Source of the DNA: Macrostomum lignano
Lineage: Eukaryota
Assembly (NCBI GenBank): GCA_002269645.1
Contig: NIVC01000051.1
Coordinates: 682,001-746,000, forward strand
Direction: 5' to 3'
Length of the DNA: 64,000 bases
A program made the translations under genes and the position numbers. A model generated the notes under the pieces. The model was not told where the DNA came from. It ran no database searches and saw nothing but the letters and a program-made list of their open reading frames with translations. Below, one piece after another: positions 12,583 to 24,411 of this stretch; the stretch's first letter is position 1, and each line of letters begins with the position of its first letter.

Positions 12583-13091
12583 GAAGCCTGGAATCATCGC
12601 GAATTCCGATTACAGCCCAGTGGTGAGATTTGAATTGCCTTCCACTGACTGCTGATCAATCTTGAGCCAAGTTGATTTGCATGAAAGTTGTTGAATACTC
12701 GATTTTGTCAACACAGTTAATGAAGTACATACTATGATGTAATATCCAAAGCAACTCATCTATATAGATTGCTTGTCAATTCTTTTAGCTACAACGCGAA
12801 CTGATTTTGCATCTACAAATAAAGGTAAAATAATAATATTAAAAAGTGACATGAAACAAGCAATCTTATTCATCGTGTATTTCATTTTGTAAGTAACAGT
12901 CGAACATCATTTAAATCTTCAATAATGATTTACATAAGTTTCACAGTTTTTTAAACACAGTAAAAAATTGTGACGGCTGTTTTTCTCGTAGACCGATTTA
13001 AACAAACTTGATTCATGCAATGGTCTGTCAGAGAAACATAGTTTGCTAATTGGAGGTGCAATTAGAAAAATAAGCGGGCGATTGATTGACT

Positions 13092-13392
13092 GGGGAGTCT
13101 AGGTTTTCGGGCGTGCGGGAAGTGAGGTGGGCGACCAAAGGGGCAGGAAATAAATGGGTGGTGGGTCTACTGGAGATACTAGGGTTTTCGGATGTGCGGG
13201 GAGTGAGGTGGGTGATCAAAAGGGCAGGAAATAAGTGGGGTGGTGGGTCCAGTGGAGTCTAGGGTTTTCGGATGTGCGGGGAGTGAGGTGGGTGATCAAA
13301 GGGGCAGGAAATAACTGGGGTGGGCCACTGGAGAGTCTAGGGTTTCGGGTGCGCGGGGAGTGAGGTGGGTGATCAAAGGGGCAGGAAATACA
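13092..13392. repeat. ~80-bp G-rich tandem repeat, 4 copies, between the C11orf65 stop codon and the TTC28 first exon
   Basis: The TAGG(G)TTT marker occurs at 13100, 13180, 13260 and 13338; there are many GGG/GGGG runs. Confidence 0.85.
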
Positions 13393-13496
13393 GTGTAGAT
13401 AGGATGAATGGTGAGAGTTGACAGGGTTTCGGGAACAGAGATGAATGGCCTGGAAATTTTTCAATAAAATCGAGTAAAATCTCAAAGGTGCCCTCC

Positions 13497-16400
13497 TCAA
13501 TCCACGGTCTTGTCAGGGAGGTCCACAGCCGCCGGATTCGCAGGAGCGACCGGTCTGGGTCTTGAGTCGGCCGTATTCAAATGTCGCTCCGACACAGACG
13601 ACTCAGCGGCGGTATTCTGCAGTATGCGGAATTGGGCAGCAATTCTCAGCTGCTCATCTGACGGAGCCGTTGTAGCCACGCTGCCCCAGTCTGAGGCGTA
13701 CTGCTCAAAGTCTAAACAGGTTGACCAATGCAGTAGTTCTTCAACTTCCCAGTCTTCTACCTGTTTTTGGGAGAGAATTAGAGAAAATTTATATTCATGG
13801 TACTCGCCTTACTGGAAAAATTGAGCATGAGAATCTATTACCGCTATACTCGTAGAATGTGTCCTAAGATCAGGTGTTCTGCTCATGTAGTGTCTCAAGG
13901 TTATGATGTTCTGCTCAACGAAAGTGTCTCAAGGTTCAGATGTTCTGCTCAACGAAAGTGTCTCAAGGTTATGATGTTCTGCTCAACGAAAGTGTCTCAA
14001 GGTTCAGATGTTCTGCTCAAGGAAGGTGTCACAAGGTATGATGTTCTGCTCATGGAATGTGTCTCAAGGTTCAGATGTTCTGCTCATGGAATGTGTCTCA
14101 AGGTTCAGATGTTCTGCTCATGGAATGTGTCTCAAGGTTCAGATGTTCTGCTCGAGGAAGGTGTCTTAAGGTTCAGATGTTCTGCTCATGGAATGTGTCT
14201 CAAGGTTCAGATGTTCTGCTCGAGGAAGGTGTCTTAAGGTTCAGATGTTCTGCTCATGGAATGTGTCTCAAGGTTCAGATGTTCTGCTCGAGGAAGGTGT
14301 CTTAAGGTTCAGATGTTCTGCTCATGGAATGTGTCTCAAGGTTCAGATGTTCTGCTCGAGGAAGGTGTCTTAAGGTTCAGATGTTCTGCTCATGGAATGT
14401 GTCTGTAGGTTATGATGTTCTGCTCATGCAAAGTGTCTCAAGGTTCAGATGTTCTGCTCATGCAAAGTGTCTCAAGGTTCAGATGTTCTGCTCATGGAAA
14501 GTTTCTTAAGGTTCAGATGTTCTGCTCATGGAAAGTGTCTCAAGGTTCAGATGTTCTGCTCGAGGAAGGTGTCTTAAGGTTCAGATGTTCTGCTCATGGA
14601 AAGTGTCTCAAGGTTCAGATGTTCTGCTCGAGGAAGGTGTCTTAAGGTTCAGATGTTCTGCTCATGGAATGTGTCTCAAGGTTCAGATGTTCTGCTCATG
14701 GAATGTGTCTCAAGGTTCAGATGTTCTGCTCATGGAATGTGTCTCAAGGTTCAGATGTTCTGCTCATGGAAAGTGTCTTAAGGTTCAGATGTTCTGCTCA
14801 TGGAAAGTGTCTCAAGGTTCAGATGTTCTGCTCGAGGAAGGTGTCTTAAGGTTCAGATGTTCTGCTCATGGAAAGTGTCTCAAGGTTCAGATGTTCTGCT
14901 CGAGGAAGGTGTCTTAAGGTTCAGATGTTCTGCTCATGGAATGTGTCTCAAGGTTCAGATGTTCTGCTCATGGAATGTGTCTCAAGGTTCAGATGTTCTG
15001 CTCATGGAATGTGTCTCAAGGTTCAGATGTTCTGCTCATGGAAAGTGTCTTAAGGTTCAGATGTTCTGCTCATGGAAAGTGTCTCAAGGTTCAGATGTTC
15101 TGCTCGAGGAAGGTGTCTTAAGGTTCAGATGTTCTGCTCATGGAAAGTGTCTCAAGGTTCAGATGTTCTGCTCGAGGAAGGTGTCTTAAGGTTCAGATGT
15201 TCTGCTCATGGAATGTGTCTCAAGGTTCAGATGTTCTGCTCATGGAATGTGTCTCAAGGTTCAGATGTTCTGCTCATGGAATGTGTCTCAAGGTTCAGAT
15301 GTTCTGCTCATGGAAAGTGTCTTAAGGTTCAGATGTTCTGCTCATGGAAAGTGTCTCAAGGTTCAGATGTTCTGCTCGAGGAAGGTGTCTTAAGGTTCAG
15401 ATGTTCTGCTCATGGAATGTGTCTCAAGGTTCAGATGTTCTGCTCATGGAAAGTGTCTTAAGGTTCAGATGTTCTGCTCATGGAAAGTGTCTCAAGGTTC
15501 AGATGTTCTGCTCGTGGAATGTGTCTCAAGGTTCAGATGTTCTGCTCGAGGAAGGTGTCTTAAGGTTCAGATGTTCTGCTCATGGAATGTTTCTGAAGGT
15601 TATGATGTTCTGCTCATGCAAAGTGTCTCAAGGTTCAGATTTGCTGCCGATAGAAATGGACAAGTAAATTCATTATTAATCAATCAGTTAGGATACGCGC
15701 TCATAGCAGTGCCACTTGGCTTTACCTCATCTCCAGCTTCCAAAGCTCGCACCATCCCGTCTGCTGCACTCTCAACCAGATCGGCAGCTTCGGGCTCGCG
15801 ACTCTTCAGCAGGCCTTCCCGGTGCATCTTCATCAGCCACTGGACTCGCCGCTGCTTGCGCTTGGCGGCCAGGTCGGCCCGACGCTGCAGCCGGTCGTGA
15901 TGGAACTCGGCGGCGCCGCTCGCCGGATCCGGGTCGATGGTTTTTCCGCCGGCCAAGGCGCGGTCGGACACGAGACGCCAGCCGTTGTTCTCGATGCGGC
16001 GGTACCAGCCATCGCGTTCAGGGCCTTGCTGGATGAAGTCCAGCGGCCTGGTGTTGTGCAGCTGGCGACAGTCCTGAACAGGCGGTTTGGCGCCACATGC
16101 TTGTAATAATAGAATCATGACTGCAGGACGACTGCGGGCGATACCAGGGGCGTCGCCATGGATTTTATGGTGGGGGGACACAAAGCCAAGAATTCTACAT
16201 GTATGTGTACAGGACTTAATTCCTACATGTACATTATTTTCAGAATCGGTGTTGTCATTTTGCCTCCGCAGGCACTCATTTTGGCGCCGCAAGCACTCAT
16301 TTTGGCGCCACAGGCACTCATTTTGGCGCCGCAGGCACTCATTTTGGCGCCGCAAGCACTCATTTTGGCGCCACAGGCACTCATTTTAGCGCCACAGGCA

Positions 16401-17145
16401 CTCATTTTAGCGCCGCAGGCACTCATTTTAGCACTCACAAAGCATTGGCATGTCCCCCATAGATTTTACTTGGGGGGGGCATGTCCCCCCTTGTCCCCCC
16501 CTCGGTGGCGACGTCCCTGGGCGACACAACCAGCGCTCACAGAAGTTCTGCCCATTCCGCTGACTCCTGAGCACACACAAGCGCGCCAATACTGTACACA
16601 GGCACGCACTTAGGCATGTACACTTCCTGTGCCTTGGGGTTGGGCCTCACGGCTATAAACTGCACGGCGACCTGCCGGCCTATTTTTTGTGCACACGCAA
16701 GCCCCAAATGAATGTGGCAGTTACACGCCTGTCAATTGAGTTCGATTACGCTCAAAAGTCTTGAGTAGTGTCTAGGTAGTCAATCACTTAGATCTTGTGT
16801 CTGTCAAAGCAAAACAGACAAAAAGTTGCCAACCTGCAGCTTAGCCTCCGGCCGAGTGTAGTCCTTGGGACTGTTGGCGCACATGTCCTGCACCGGCCTG
16901 TGCGTGAATATCTTATAGAAGATGTTGGGCGGAAATGTCTCCCCAGCCAGGCGAAATTTCACGTGCACACCGGAGGCGGCGTCCAGCATTTTGGCTTCCA
17001 TGGGATTGATGCTCTTCAACATGAGGGCCGGGTCGCCCTTCTGCTTGAAGTTGATGAGGTCCCTGTAGTAGCGGAACACCTGCATGTCGATGTGACGCCG
17101 CCAGGCGCGCTGAATTTTAGCGGCCGCTTCGTCTGACGTAAGCAT
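13497..17145 (-). CDS. C11orf65: C11orf65/MFI homolog, IQ-motif protein, 3 exons
   Basis: Exons 16834-17145, 15726-16073 and 13497-13760, all phase 0 with canonical sites. Motifs match the recalled human protein: AAAKIQRAWRR (IQ-like), INPMEAKMLDAASGVHVKFRLAGETFPPNIFYKIFTHRPVQDMCANSPKDY, GWYRRIENNGWRLVSD, EDWEVEELLHWSTCLDFEQY. Confidence 0.92.
13860..15642. repeat. 34-bp minisatellite (TCAAGGTTCAGATGTTCTGCTCATGGAATGTGTC) with a 272-bp (8-mer) higher-order repeat, filling C11orf65 intron 2
   Basis: About 52 monomers; near-identical ORFs start at 14528, 14800, 15072 and 15344 (272-bp period). Confidence 0.97.
16145..16519. mobile_element. hAT-type MITE carrying an internal 21-bp tandem array
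   Basis: TIRs CAGGGGCGTCGCCA (16145) and TGGCGACGTCCCTG (ends 16519) match at 13/14 positions. Flanking 8-mers GGCGATAC and GGCGACAC form an 8-bp TSD with 1 mismatch. The internal array GCACTCATTTTGGCGCCGCAG has ~8 copies at 16262-16432. Confidence 0.85.
16530..16730 (-). mobile_element. Fragment of a dispersed SINE-like repeat in C11orf65 intron 1
   Basis: Shares CTGCCCATTCC(G/A)CTGACTCCT(G/A)AGCACACACAAGCGCGCCAATACTGTAC and CCCCAAATGAATG with 34645-34880. Confidence 0.7.
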
Positions 17146-19125
17146 TGTATTGTGCTTTATGAATGAGCTGAAAATGAAGTTGATGACTACAAAGCATGAC
17201 CTACAGTATCCTCTTTATTAAACATACACTGTATTTAATACTGTTAATATGCAGTCAACTATCACACAGGCACTATTCCTTGATATCCATCTGCATTGTG
17301 CTTAATAAGGCCTATTCAATAAAAACCATTAATATATTGTAGGACTCACCAGCGGTTCATATTTGAAAATAGTAATATTTTACTCTAGTAGTCATTTTAT
17401 TGCAAGTGTATTTTGATATTTAATACCCATTAGGAGTTGTCAGACATTTTTAAGTAAAATGGATAGCTTTTTGTAGTTATGGCTTTATGGAAGAGTAATA
17501 TATAATACAAAATATTTCAATACTGCAGAAAAAAAGTCATTTTTATGTTTATCATTTCATGGCTTAAAACCTTTTAAATGTGATCTAATATTAAAAGACA
17601 AATGAGCAGTCTACTTAAATGCTGAAGGTACAATTTACACAATCTTTATAAGTACAATTTTTTAAAAATCAATGCTTAAACTAATACTATATTGCAAACA
17701 TGCGTCTTTTAAATAATGGAGGAGTTAGTAATTCATACAGATCCGTAAGCTGTGTGAATAAGAACTAATTAAGTAGACTATCTAGATATAGATTATAAGA
17801 TAGGCATTTAATATGACTTTATAAATCAAAAAAAAAGATTTTAGTAAACCAACGCACAAAATTTCTACTGTATAAACTGAATTCGCTTACTACTTAACTT
17901 TTTATTTTATTTATAATCGCTTTGCTTTAACTCTCGCAACTATATTTCTATTTAGTAATAGTAGGCGGCAGGCCCCTTTATTTTTATTCGTTAATCTAGC
18001 CAACACAAATTTGTGCATCATTTACAGTGGAAATGAAATAACTTTCTGAGGTTTTTGTAACTTTCTTTGTAGCCTTTATAATAAAAACAATTTGTTGTTT
18101 TTTTAAGTTAAAAAATAAGAAACTGTGCTTCTCTATAAATTTTTTGCGAAAATTTTGTTTAAATGTTAAATGTTGCTTGCGGTTAAATAAGACTTCACGA
18201 AACAATTTACGAATCAGTCGTAGCGCTATTTAATTTTTTTATTAATTATCTTTATTATCGGTACCATTATTTACCGCTCGACACATTAAATACAGTGAAA
18301 ATTAAACTTGTACTTTACATGTACATGTACTTTACACCTTTACATGGAAATAAAGATGACTTCAATACATTTTTATGCTCATCGGAAACAGATACGTCGA
18401 TTCCTGTTGTTTGATGTCAAATCCTCAAGCTATCGTAAAAACATAATTAAAATTAAATTTACTGGATGCATAAGACTTGCTTTCACCACGATAACCATTA
18501 TTAGACTTCCGGCTCCCTTAGGTTGCACGTATACGTATTCCCATAATCAAAGCTAAATCATACGAGTTTTGAATAATCCAGATTTACTTTAGATGCAAAA
18601 ATAGCGAAAACGGGTCGAGGCCTTAAAATGTATCGAAGCAATTAAAGCCGGACCAAGGGGTGCGCTTTAATATTGATCAAATAAGAAGCGCGACGTGTTA
18701 GTCAGGATTCGCGTTTATTTTATAACAACTAAATTGTGTATTTGTATTTCAGTATATTTCTATTTCATCGTACTAATATAACATTACGGGCACAGAGAGA
18801 GAGGAGAAGTTTGCATTTCATCCCCCATATAAATTCTGAAAATTTAAAATTCGCGAAAACGTAGGAGTGGACTTAACGCATACGATGTTTCAGAGCAGAG
18901 AGCGAAGATTGATAGGGTATAAGTTATTATATTAGCTAGATCTACTTTAGAAACAGTTGCATACGATAATAAACAAAACTACGACAAATTTGTTATAACC
19001 GCTGTTTGAAAATTTTCCGGTGTTATTTAACAGACAAAAGATAAAATGAATATTCCACTCTCTCATCCTACTTGCTACATATTCAAGTCACTATAAACCT
19101 TTCCCAGCCAGCCAGTTAGCCGTTT

Positions 19126-21532
19126 CTACACCCTGTAGAACCACATCTTGCCGCGAATCCTGTTGTAATCTGGTAGGCCTTCGATAGGTCCAAAGCCGGC
19201 AACAACCGGGCAGCGATCGTAGATGTAACGCTGGGCAGCTTGGCTAAGCTCGGCTGGCCGAACCCGAGCGATTCGGTCCTCCAGCTCGGCCATGGGTATG
19301 CGCCTGCCATAGCAGATGATATTACGGCCCAATTCGTCGCAGGCAGCCTGAGTGCCGGCTAGACGCGAGTACATATTAGTCAGGGTGGCATTCTTAGCAC
19401 GGACTAAATCGAATTCGCGAACATCCTGCGACAGTTCCATCCAGTCGGTTTGGAAGTCTTTGCTAAAGAAGTTAACAGACTCCTGATTGGCAACGAAGTG
19501 CATGCCCCATAGCGACGTCTCCCGATAGCTGGTTAAGAAGCTATCGTAGGACAGAACTCCGCCGTTAAAGGCATCGTGAGCCTGACGGGCCAGCCGGGAG
19601 GCGATGTTGTTGCCGCCGCTCTGCGCCCGGTCCCAGGAGCCGATGTAGGCGGAGGCCAGCGATAGCGGAATGATGTCGTCGTCCGCCCAGCCGGGACCTT
19701 CGACGGCAATGGCGACGTGAGCAAACGGCAGGTGATCGTCACGGTCGAGCAGAGAGGAGCCGGTGAACCTGCGGTATGAATTGAAACAAGTATCGATGCT
19801 TTGGTTAGGAAACAGTGCTCCAAAAGTTCTAACCAGTGTTCCAGTCTATCTAGGTTCGCTGAAAATGTAATTGTAGAGTCCACCCAGGGGCGCTTAAAAT
19901 GTACTTTTAGTCTTCCCAGAGTCGCCGAAATTGTACTTTAGTCTATTCAGGCTCGCCGAAATTATACTGTAGAATAACTGTCCAGGTTCGCCGAAATTTT
20001 GCGTGTACTTTAGAGTCTATCCAGGGTCGTAAAAATTGTACTTTAGAATATATCCAGGTCGCCGAAATTGTATCAATACTCAAGAGTCTATCCAGGGTCT
20101 CTGAAAATGTACTGTTAGAGCATATCCGGATCCTAAAGATGTACTTTTAGTACCCAGGTCGCTGAAAATGTACTTTTGAATTCCACTCAGGGTCGCGGAA
20201 TAGGTAGTTTTAGAGTATATCCAGGGTTGCTGAAATTTTTTGGGGCTATTCGAGGGTCGTCGAAAAATGTTCTCTTAGTGTCTGCCTAACATCTAACACT
20301 AGTCTCTCCCTCTTACCTAATAGGCTTCATAGTTGGCGCCAGTCTCGCATAGTCGTTAGTCAAACTGCCGAAATGCCGTTTGCACAGATCGGCCAGCTCG
20401 CTGTGAGCCACAGCGCCAGCAGCCGCAACAACCATCCGGTGCGGCTTGAAATTATCCTCGGCGTAGTGCTGAATGTCCGTCTTGGAGATTGAGCGAACGG
20501 AATCGATGGGTCCCAGGACTGGGCGAGACAACGGCGTGCCCTGATAAGCAGCTGAGTGCAGGTAGTCCATGACCACCGTTCGGGGATCGTTGTCAGCCTC
20601 CTGCATCTGGCGAAGGATCTCAACTCGGCCGGACTCGATGGCCTCATCGTTGAAGCTGGCATTGCGGACAACGTCGGCTAGAAGTTCAACAGCCCAGGGC
20701 ACGTCCTTGCTGAAGCAGCGAACGCTGTAGGATGTCAGCTCGCGAGTGGTCCGAGCGGTCACCTCGGCGCCTCGAGATTCGATGTCCTTCTCGATGTCCA
20801 GCTGCGACCGGGACTTTGTGCCCTGGATGCAGCGGCAGAGAGGAATTCGAGTGTTTATAAAATCGGCCTAAGCGACGATATGTATCGAAATTAATTTTTC
20901 TTTTGATTTTCTATTGCTACTAAGGGGTGTGATTGTGATTTGATGGGATTGTGAATGCAGATAGGGGCTCCAAACACCTAGGAATGAGGATTGTGATTGA
21001 GGATGAGGGATGCGAACACCCATCTGGGAATTAGGGATGTAAATACTTGGAAATTGGGGATGTGAACACCTGGGATTTGGGATCACGAATTAATATCGTG
21101 GACGACGAACGTGAACGCTATGAAAGATCAAAGATGTAAACCCTGGGAATAGGAATGGTGAATGAGGATCGGGGATGTGAATGCTTAGGAATAGGAATTG
21201 CGAATGAGGATTGTGGATGTGAACGTTAAGGAATTTGGCTATGAATTTTAGGGTTAGGGTTACTTTATATTCAGCTGTTCCCACCTTAAACAGGACGTGC
21301 TCAAGAAAATGAGCAACCCCATTGGTCTCCTCAGTCTCGTAGCGGCTGCCAGCTTCAACCCACACGGACACAGTGCAGGTCGGGGTGTTCCAGTCCTCAG
21401 AGGCAACTCGCAGGCCATTGTCCATGGTGGTGACCTGGGCCTCGGGCACGCGAACAAAGGCGGGCTTTGGTTTGGCAGCGGAGGCGGCAGAAGCGGCGGC
21501 AGTGGCAGTTCTGCTGATGCCACGGATGCCAT
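19126..21532 (-). CDS. PMPCB/UQCRC1: M16 insulinase-family protein: mitochondrial processing peptidase beta / complex III core protein 1, 3 exons
   Basis: Exons ~21285-21532, 20317-20822 and 19126-19768. Motifs: NGLRVASED, VWVEAGSRYETEETNGVAHFLEHVLFK|GTK, VVMDYLHSAAYQGTPL, MVVAAAGAVAH, R|FTGS...AHVAIAVEGPGW, YIYDRCPVVAGFGPIEGLPDYNRIR. The 5' start needs a 1-nt frameshift (see findings). Confidence 0.9.
19845..20265. repeat. Degenerate ~34-bp array (CCAGGGTCGCCGAAATTGTACTTTAGAGTCTAT) in intron 2 of the M16 gene
   Basis: A CCAGG(G/T)TCGC(C/T)GAAA core recurs about 12 times. Confidence 0.75.
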
Positions 21533-22099
21533 GCTGGCGCACCTTGACAGGTGTGTGAGAGCGAAATTTTGCGGCTGATTACACCAGACTACTTGTTAGT
21601 AATGTTTGTAGAAATTTAACAAAGCTAAAATATTTAAAATATAAATGACATATATGTAGTAATATAAATTGCATTATTTTACATTAGTTTACAGTTTATT
21701 AACAATTATACTATATTAAGACCTGCTATTACTGGCCTTTGAATTTTTTAAAAGCATGTAAAAAACTCAAATGTTGAATTTAAACTGTCTTGGGTTGAAG
21801 GCATAACATTTTAAAATTAGTCATTTAGTGGTCTAATCTTATTCAAGAAAGAATTTGTATAATTAAAGCAGAATTCAGTATCATTTTTTGTTACCTCATC
21901 ATATACTGTTACTTACAAGGGGTTTTGCTATATATTGAGATTATTTAAGTACATATAAAATGGCTTCAATATTTTTAATGGTAAACTAGGCTTACTAAAA
22001 CAGTAAAAAAACACTTAGAAAGCTAATAAATTAATAGATTGATTTATTAAAATGTTTACTTTATTTTTGTATACCAAAATTTAGTTTATCATATAAATA

Positions 22100-23612
22100 G
22101 GAATTTTCTTACTAAAAACACACTGAAACAATTTTTTGGATGAAATTCTGTTCACAGCTTTCACTACCACAGCCATGACTTCTGACAAAGTAGCTGCCAT
22201 GGCACAAAGAGCTTCTTGGTGAATGATACAGTGCAGCTTCCAGATGTTGTGCTGGTCTATGGCATCACTACACTTTTTCATGAAGAGTGAAATGGCACCC
22301 CTAACTTCACCAACCATGGCCGGCTGGTGCTTTATCAGTAGTGATAGAACATAATCGCTTTAGATCTAAACCAGCTGTCTTGAGGCAGGCCAAAGTAGAG
22401 TTGCAGATATCTTTGCCAGTTGTTGTACCTTGCATGGGAACAAGCTGAAGGAATTCCTCCCTCATTTAAAGATCAACAGAAATTCCCTGGATGAATATAA
22501 CAAGCTGAGAGGTGTCCTTTGAATCTGTTGACTCAGCAATTGCGACAGAGAAAACTTCAAATCAGTTCATATGGTCACGCAAAGATGAGCAAATTTTTGT
22601 GGTCATTTCCTCTATTCTTCATGATACAGTGTTGGCAGATAGACTGACTAAAGTTAATAAATCATTGAGCAAGGCAGAAAACATCAGCAATAGTCAGAAG
22701 ACACTCTTTCACAAATTCACCTAGTAAGCCTAGTAACTGCCACCTGGTACAAGGCATCATCCATACTGGCATACTTTGAAGAGCCATGAGTTGTCTCCCA
22801 GTATTGGCGAATGTTATTTTCCTTGAAGACAGCCACTGTTGATAAGCAAATCAGGCACTGTGCTTTGCCATGTCTTTTAATAGAAAAGTACTGCTCTGTC
22901 TATTTCATATTAAAGGCGCAGTTTTCTGAATCCACTTTGCATTCCTTGCTTGCTAGTGGCTTAATAGATGATGTTGAGCTTGACATAGCTTTTACATAGC
23001 ACGCAAGAAAATAGTAAATGATATCAGTTTGAAAGATAGCAGATAGTATAAGTAATCACTAGATTGTTTCAATTATATTTTTCTAGCATTTGTCTAAATT
23101 TAAACAAGTGTAGTGTGAGTATTGTTATATTATATTCCATTAGGCCACAGCCTAACAACATAAGCAATGTTTTTTTAAGTGGGAAAGAAAAAATGTACAT
23201 ACTAAAGAACAATTGTTGAACAAAAGTTTAATGTACATTTGTCCAATTTCACTGTACTGTCAGCCTTATCAATTTATACTTTACCTTTTCATTGGCTAGA
23301 ACTACCACCTACATTCCTTTGCCAGTTCCTTTACACTTGTATTATTTAGTAGTTTGAACTGATATGCTATCTAGTCTAGAACTTGTAAACAGCCACTCGT
23401 GTTTCACTCAGTTTGTCTTATTACTCATTTGTCCTTGATATTGACAAGGAAAGGAATCCCTTATTTCAATGCACAAAATTTTTGTAGGCCAAATAAGTTA
23501 ATATAATGGTGCAGGATGGATTATAATAATAAAGATATAGGAAGTTTGAGGGCCACATAGAAAGTCTTTGCGAGCCAGATCTAGCCTGCAGGCTGAAGGT
23601 TGCCGACTACTA
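22100..23612 (-). pseudogene. Decayed hAT (SPIN/Charlie, GTF2IRD2-like) transposon with transposase remnants
   Basis: Minus-strand translation from ~22990 gives KVDSENCAFNMK*TEQYFSIKRHGKAQCLICLSTVAVFKENNIR (SPIN-type N-terminal zinc region) and KLHCIIHQEALC (hAT CxxH motif), with stops and frameshifts. 23550-23612 resembles a degenerate Charlie/SPIN terminus (GGGCCACATAG...GCGAGCCAGATCTAGCCTGCAGGC...TTGCCGACTACT). Confidence 0.8.
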
Positions 23613-23914
23613 ATGTAAGTGATCATAAGATAAAACCAAAAGATCTTATTGGTTTTGAATTAAAATCACACTAATAGTAAAATTGTACTAGAGATTGTAT
23701 TTCAAATTTATCGGTATATTAATAAGGAAATTATTGTTATATTAATCAAAATGGACATCCTGCTATTTTGTCTTGGCTACATTGACATTTTGCACAAGCA
23801 AGAATTGGACATTTATATCCCCTTAGGCCTAGTGAAATGGAAGCATTTTATATTGAGTGGGGATATATATTATATTGAGAAGCAAATACCATAATTAATA
23901 ATTTTGTTCTCAAC

Positions 23915-24411
23915 CCATAGTGTAGATCATGTAGTGCACGCAAGAATTTTCCCGCATGCATTTTCAAAAGTGGCGTGCACCAATGTGCGATTAGGTAAGT
24001 GGCATGCATAATGCACACTATATAAATACACTGGCGTGCCTAGCATGCGCCGCGTGCCGCGTGCCTGGCACCTGATATGGCAAAGCTGCCAATGCAATGG
24101 CCAATGGTAAGCAGACATAAAATATATATTATTGTATTTAACTTTAAAAAAAACTATTGTAAATAAACAGTGTATAAGACTGTTAAATAAATTAATGTAT
24201 GAAAAATACACATTTTTAAAGATATATCATTTCTTTTGTACATCGTTTATTGCTTTGTTTTACACAATGCAATTTAAAATACATTTTTTGTCTTCAATTT
24301 GAATTTTAATTTATCGGCATGCATCGGCATGCATTTGCTTGTTGTCGGTGTGCTTTTGGGAATTAGCTTTGAGTCATTTCTTGCGTGCACTTAGCATGAT
24401 CCACACTATGG
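23915..24411. mobile_element. MITE with ~33-bp TIRs and a perfect 8-bp TSD (hAT or P superfamily)
   Basis: Left end CCATAGTGTAGATCATGTAGTGCACGCAAGAA; right end TTCTTGCGTGCACTTAGCATGATCCACACTATGG. TTCTCAAC lies at 23907-23914 and at 24412-24419. Confidence 0.88.

Noticed and set aside
13797-15900. Series of near-identical 61-129 aa ORFs
   Set aside because: Products of the 34-bp/272-bp array on the antisense strand of a C11orf65 intron.
17996-18556. Small ORFs between C11orf65 and the M16 gene
   Set aside because: AT-rich low-complexity sequence, non-ATG starts and no homology cues.
21248-21262. TTAGGG telomeric repeat
   Set aside because: Only two copies, in an intron; chance level.
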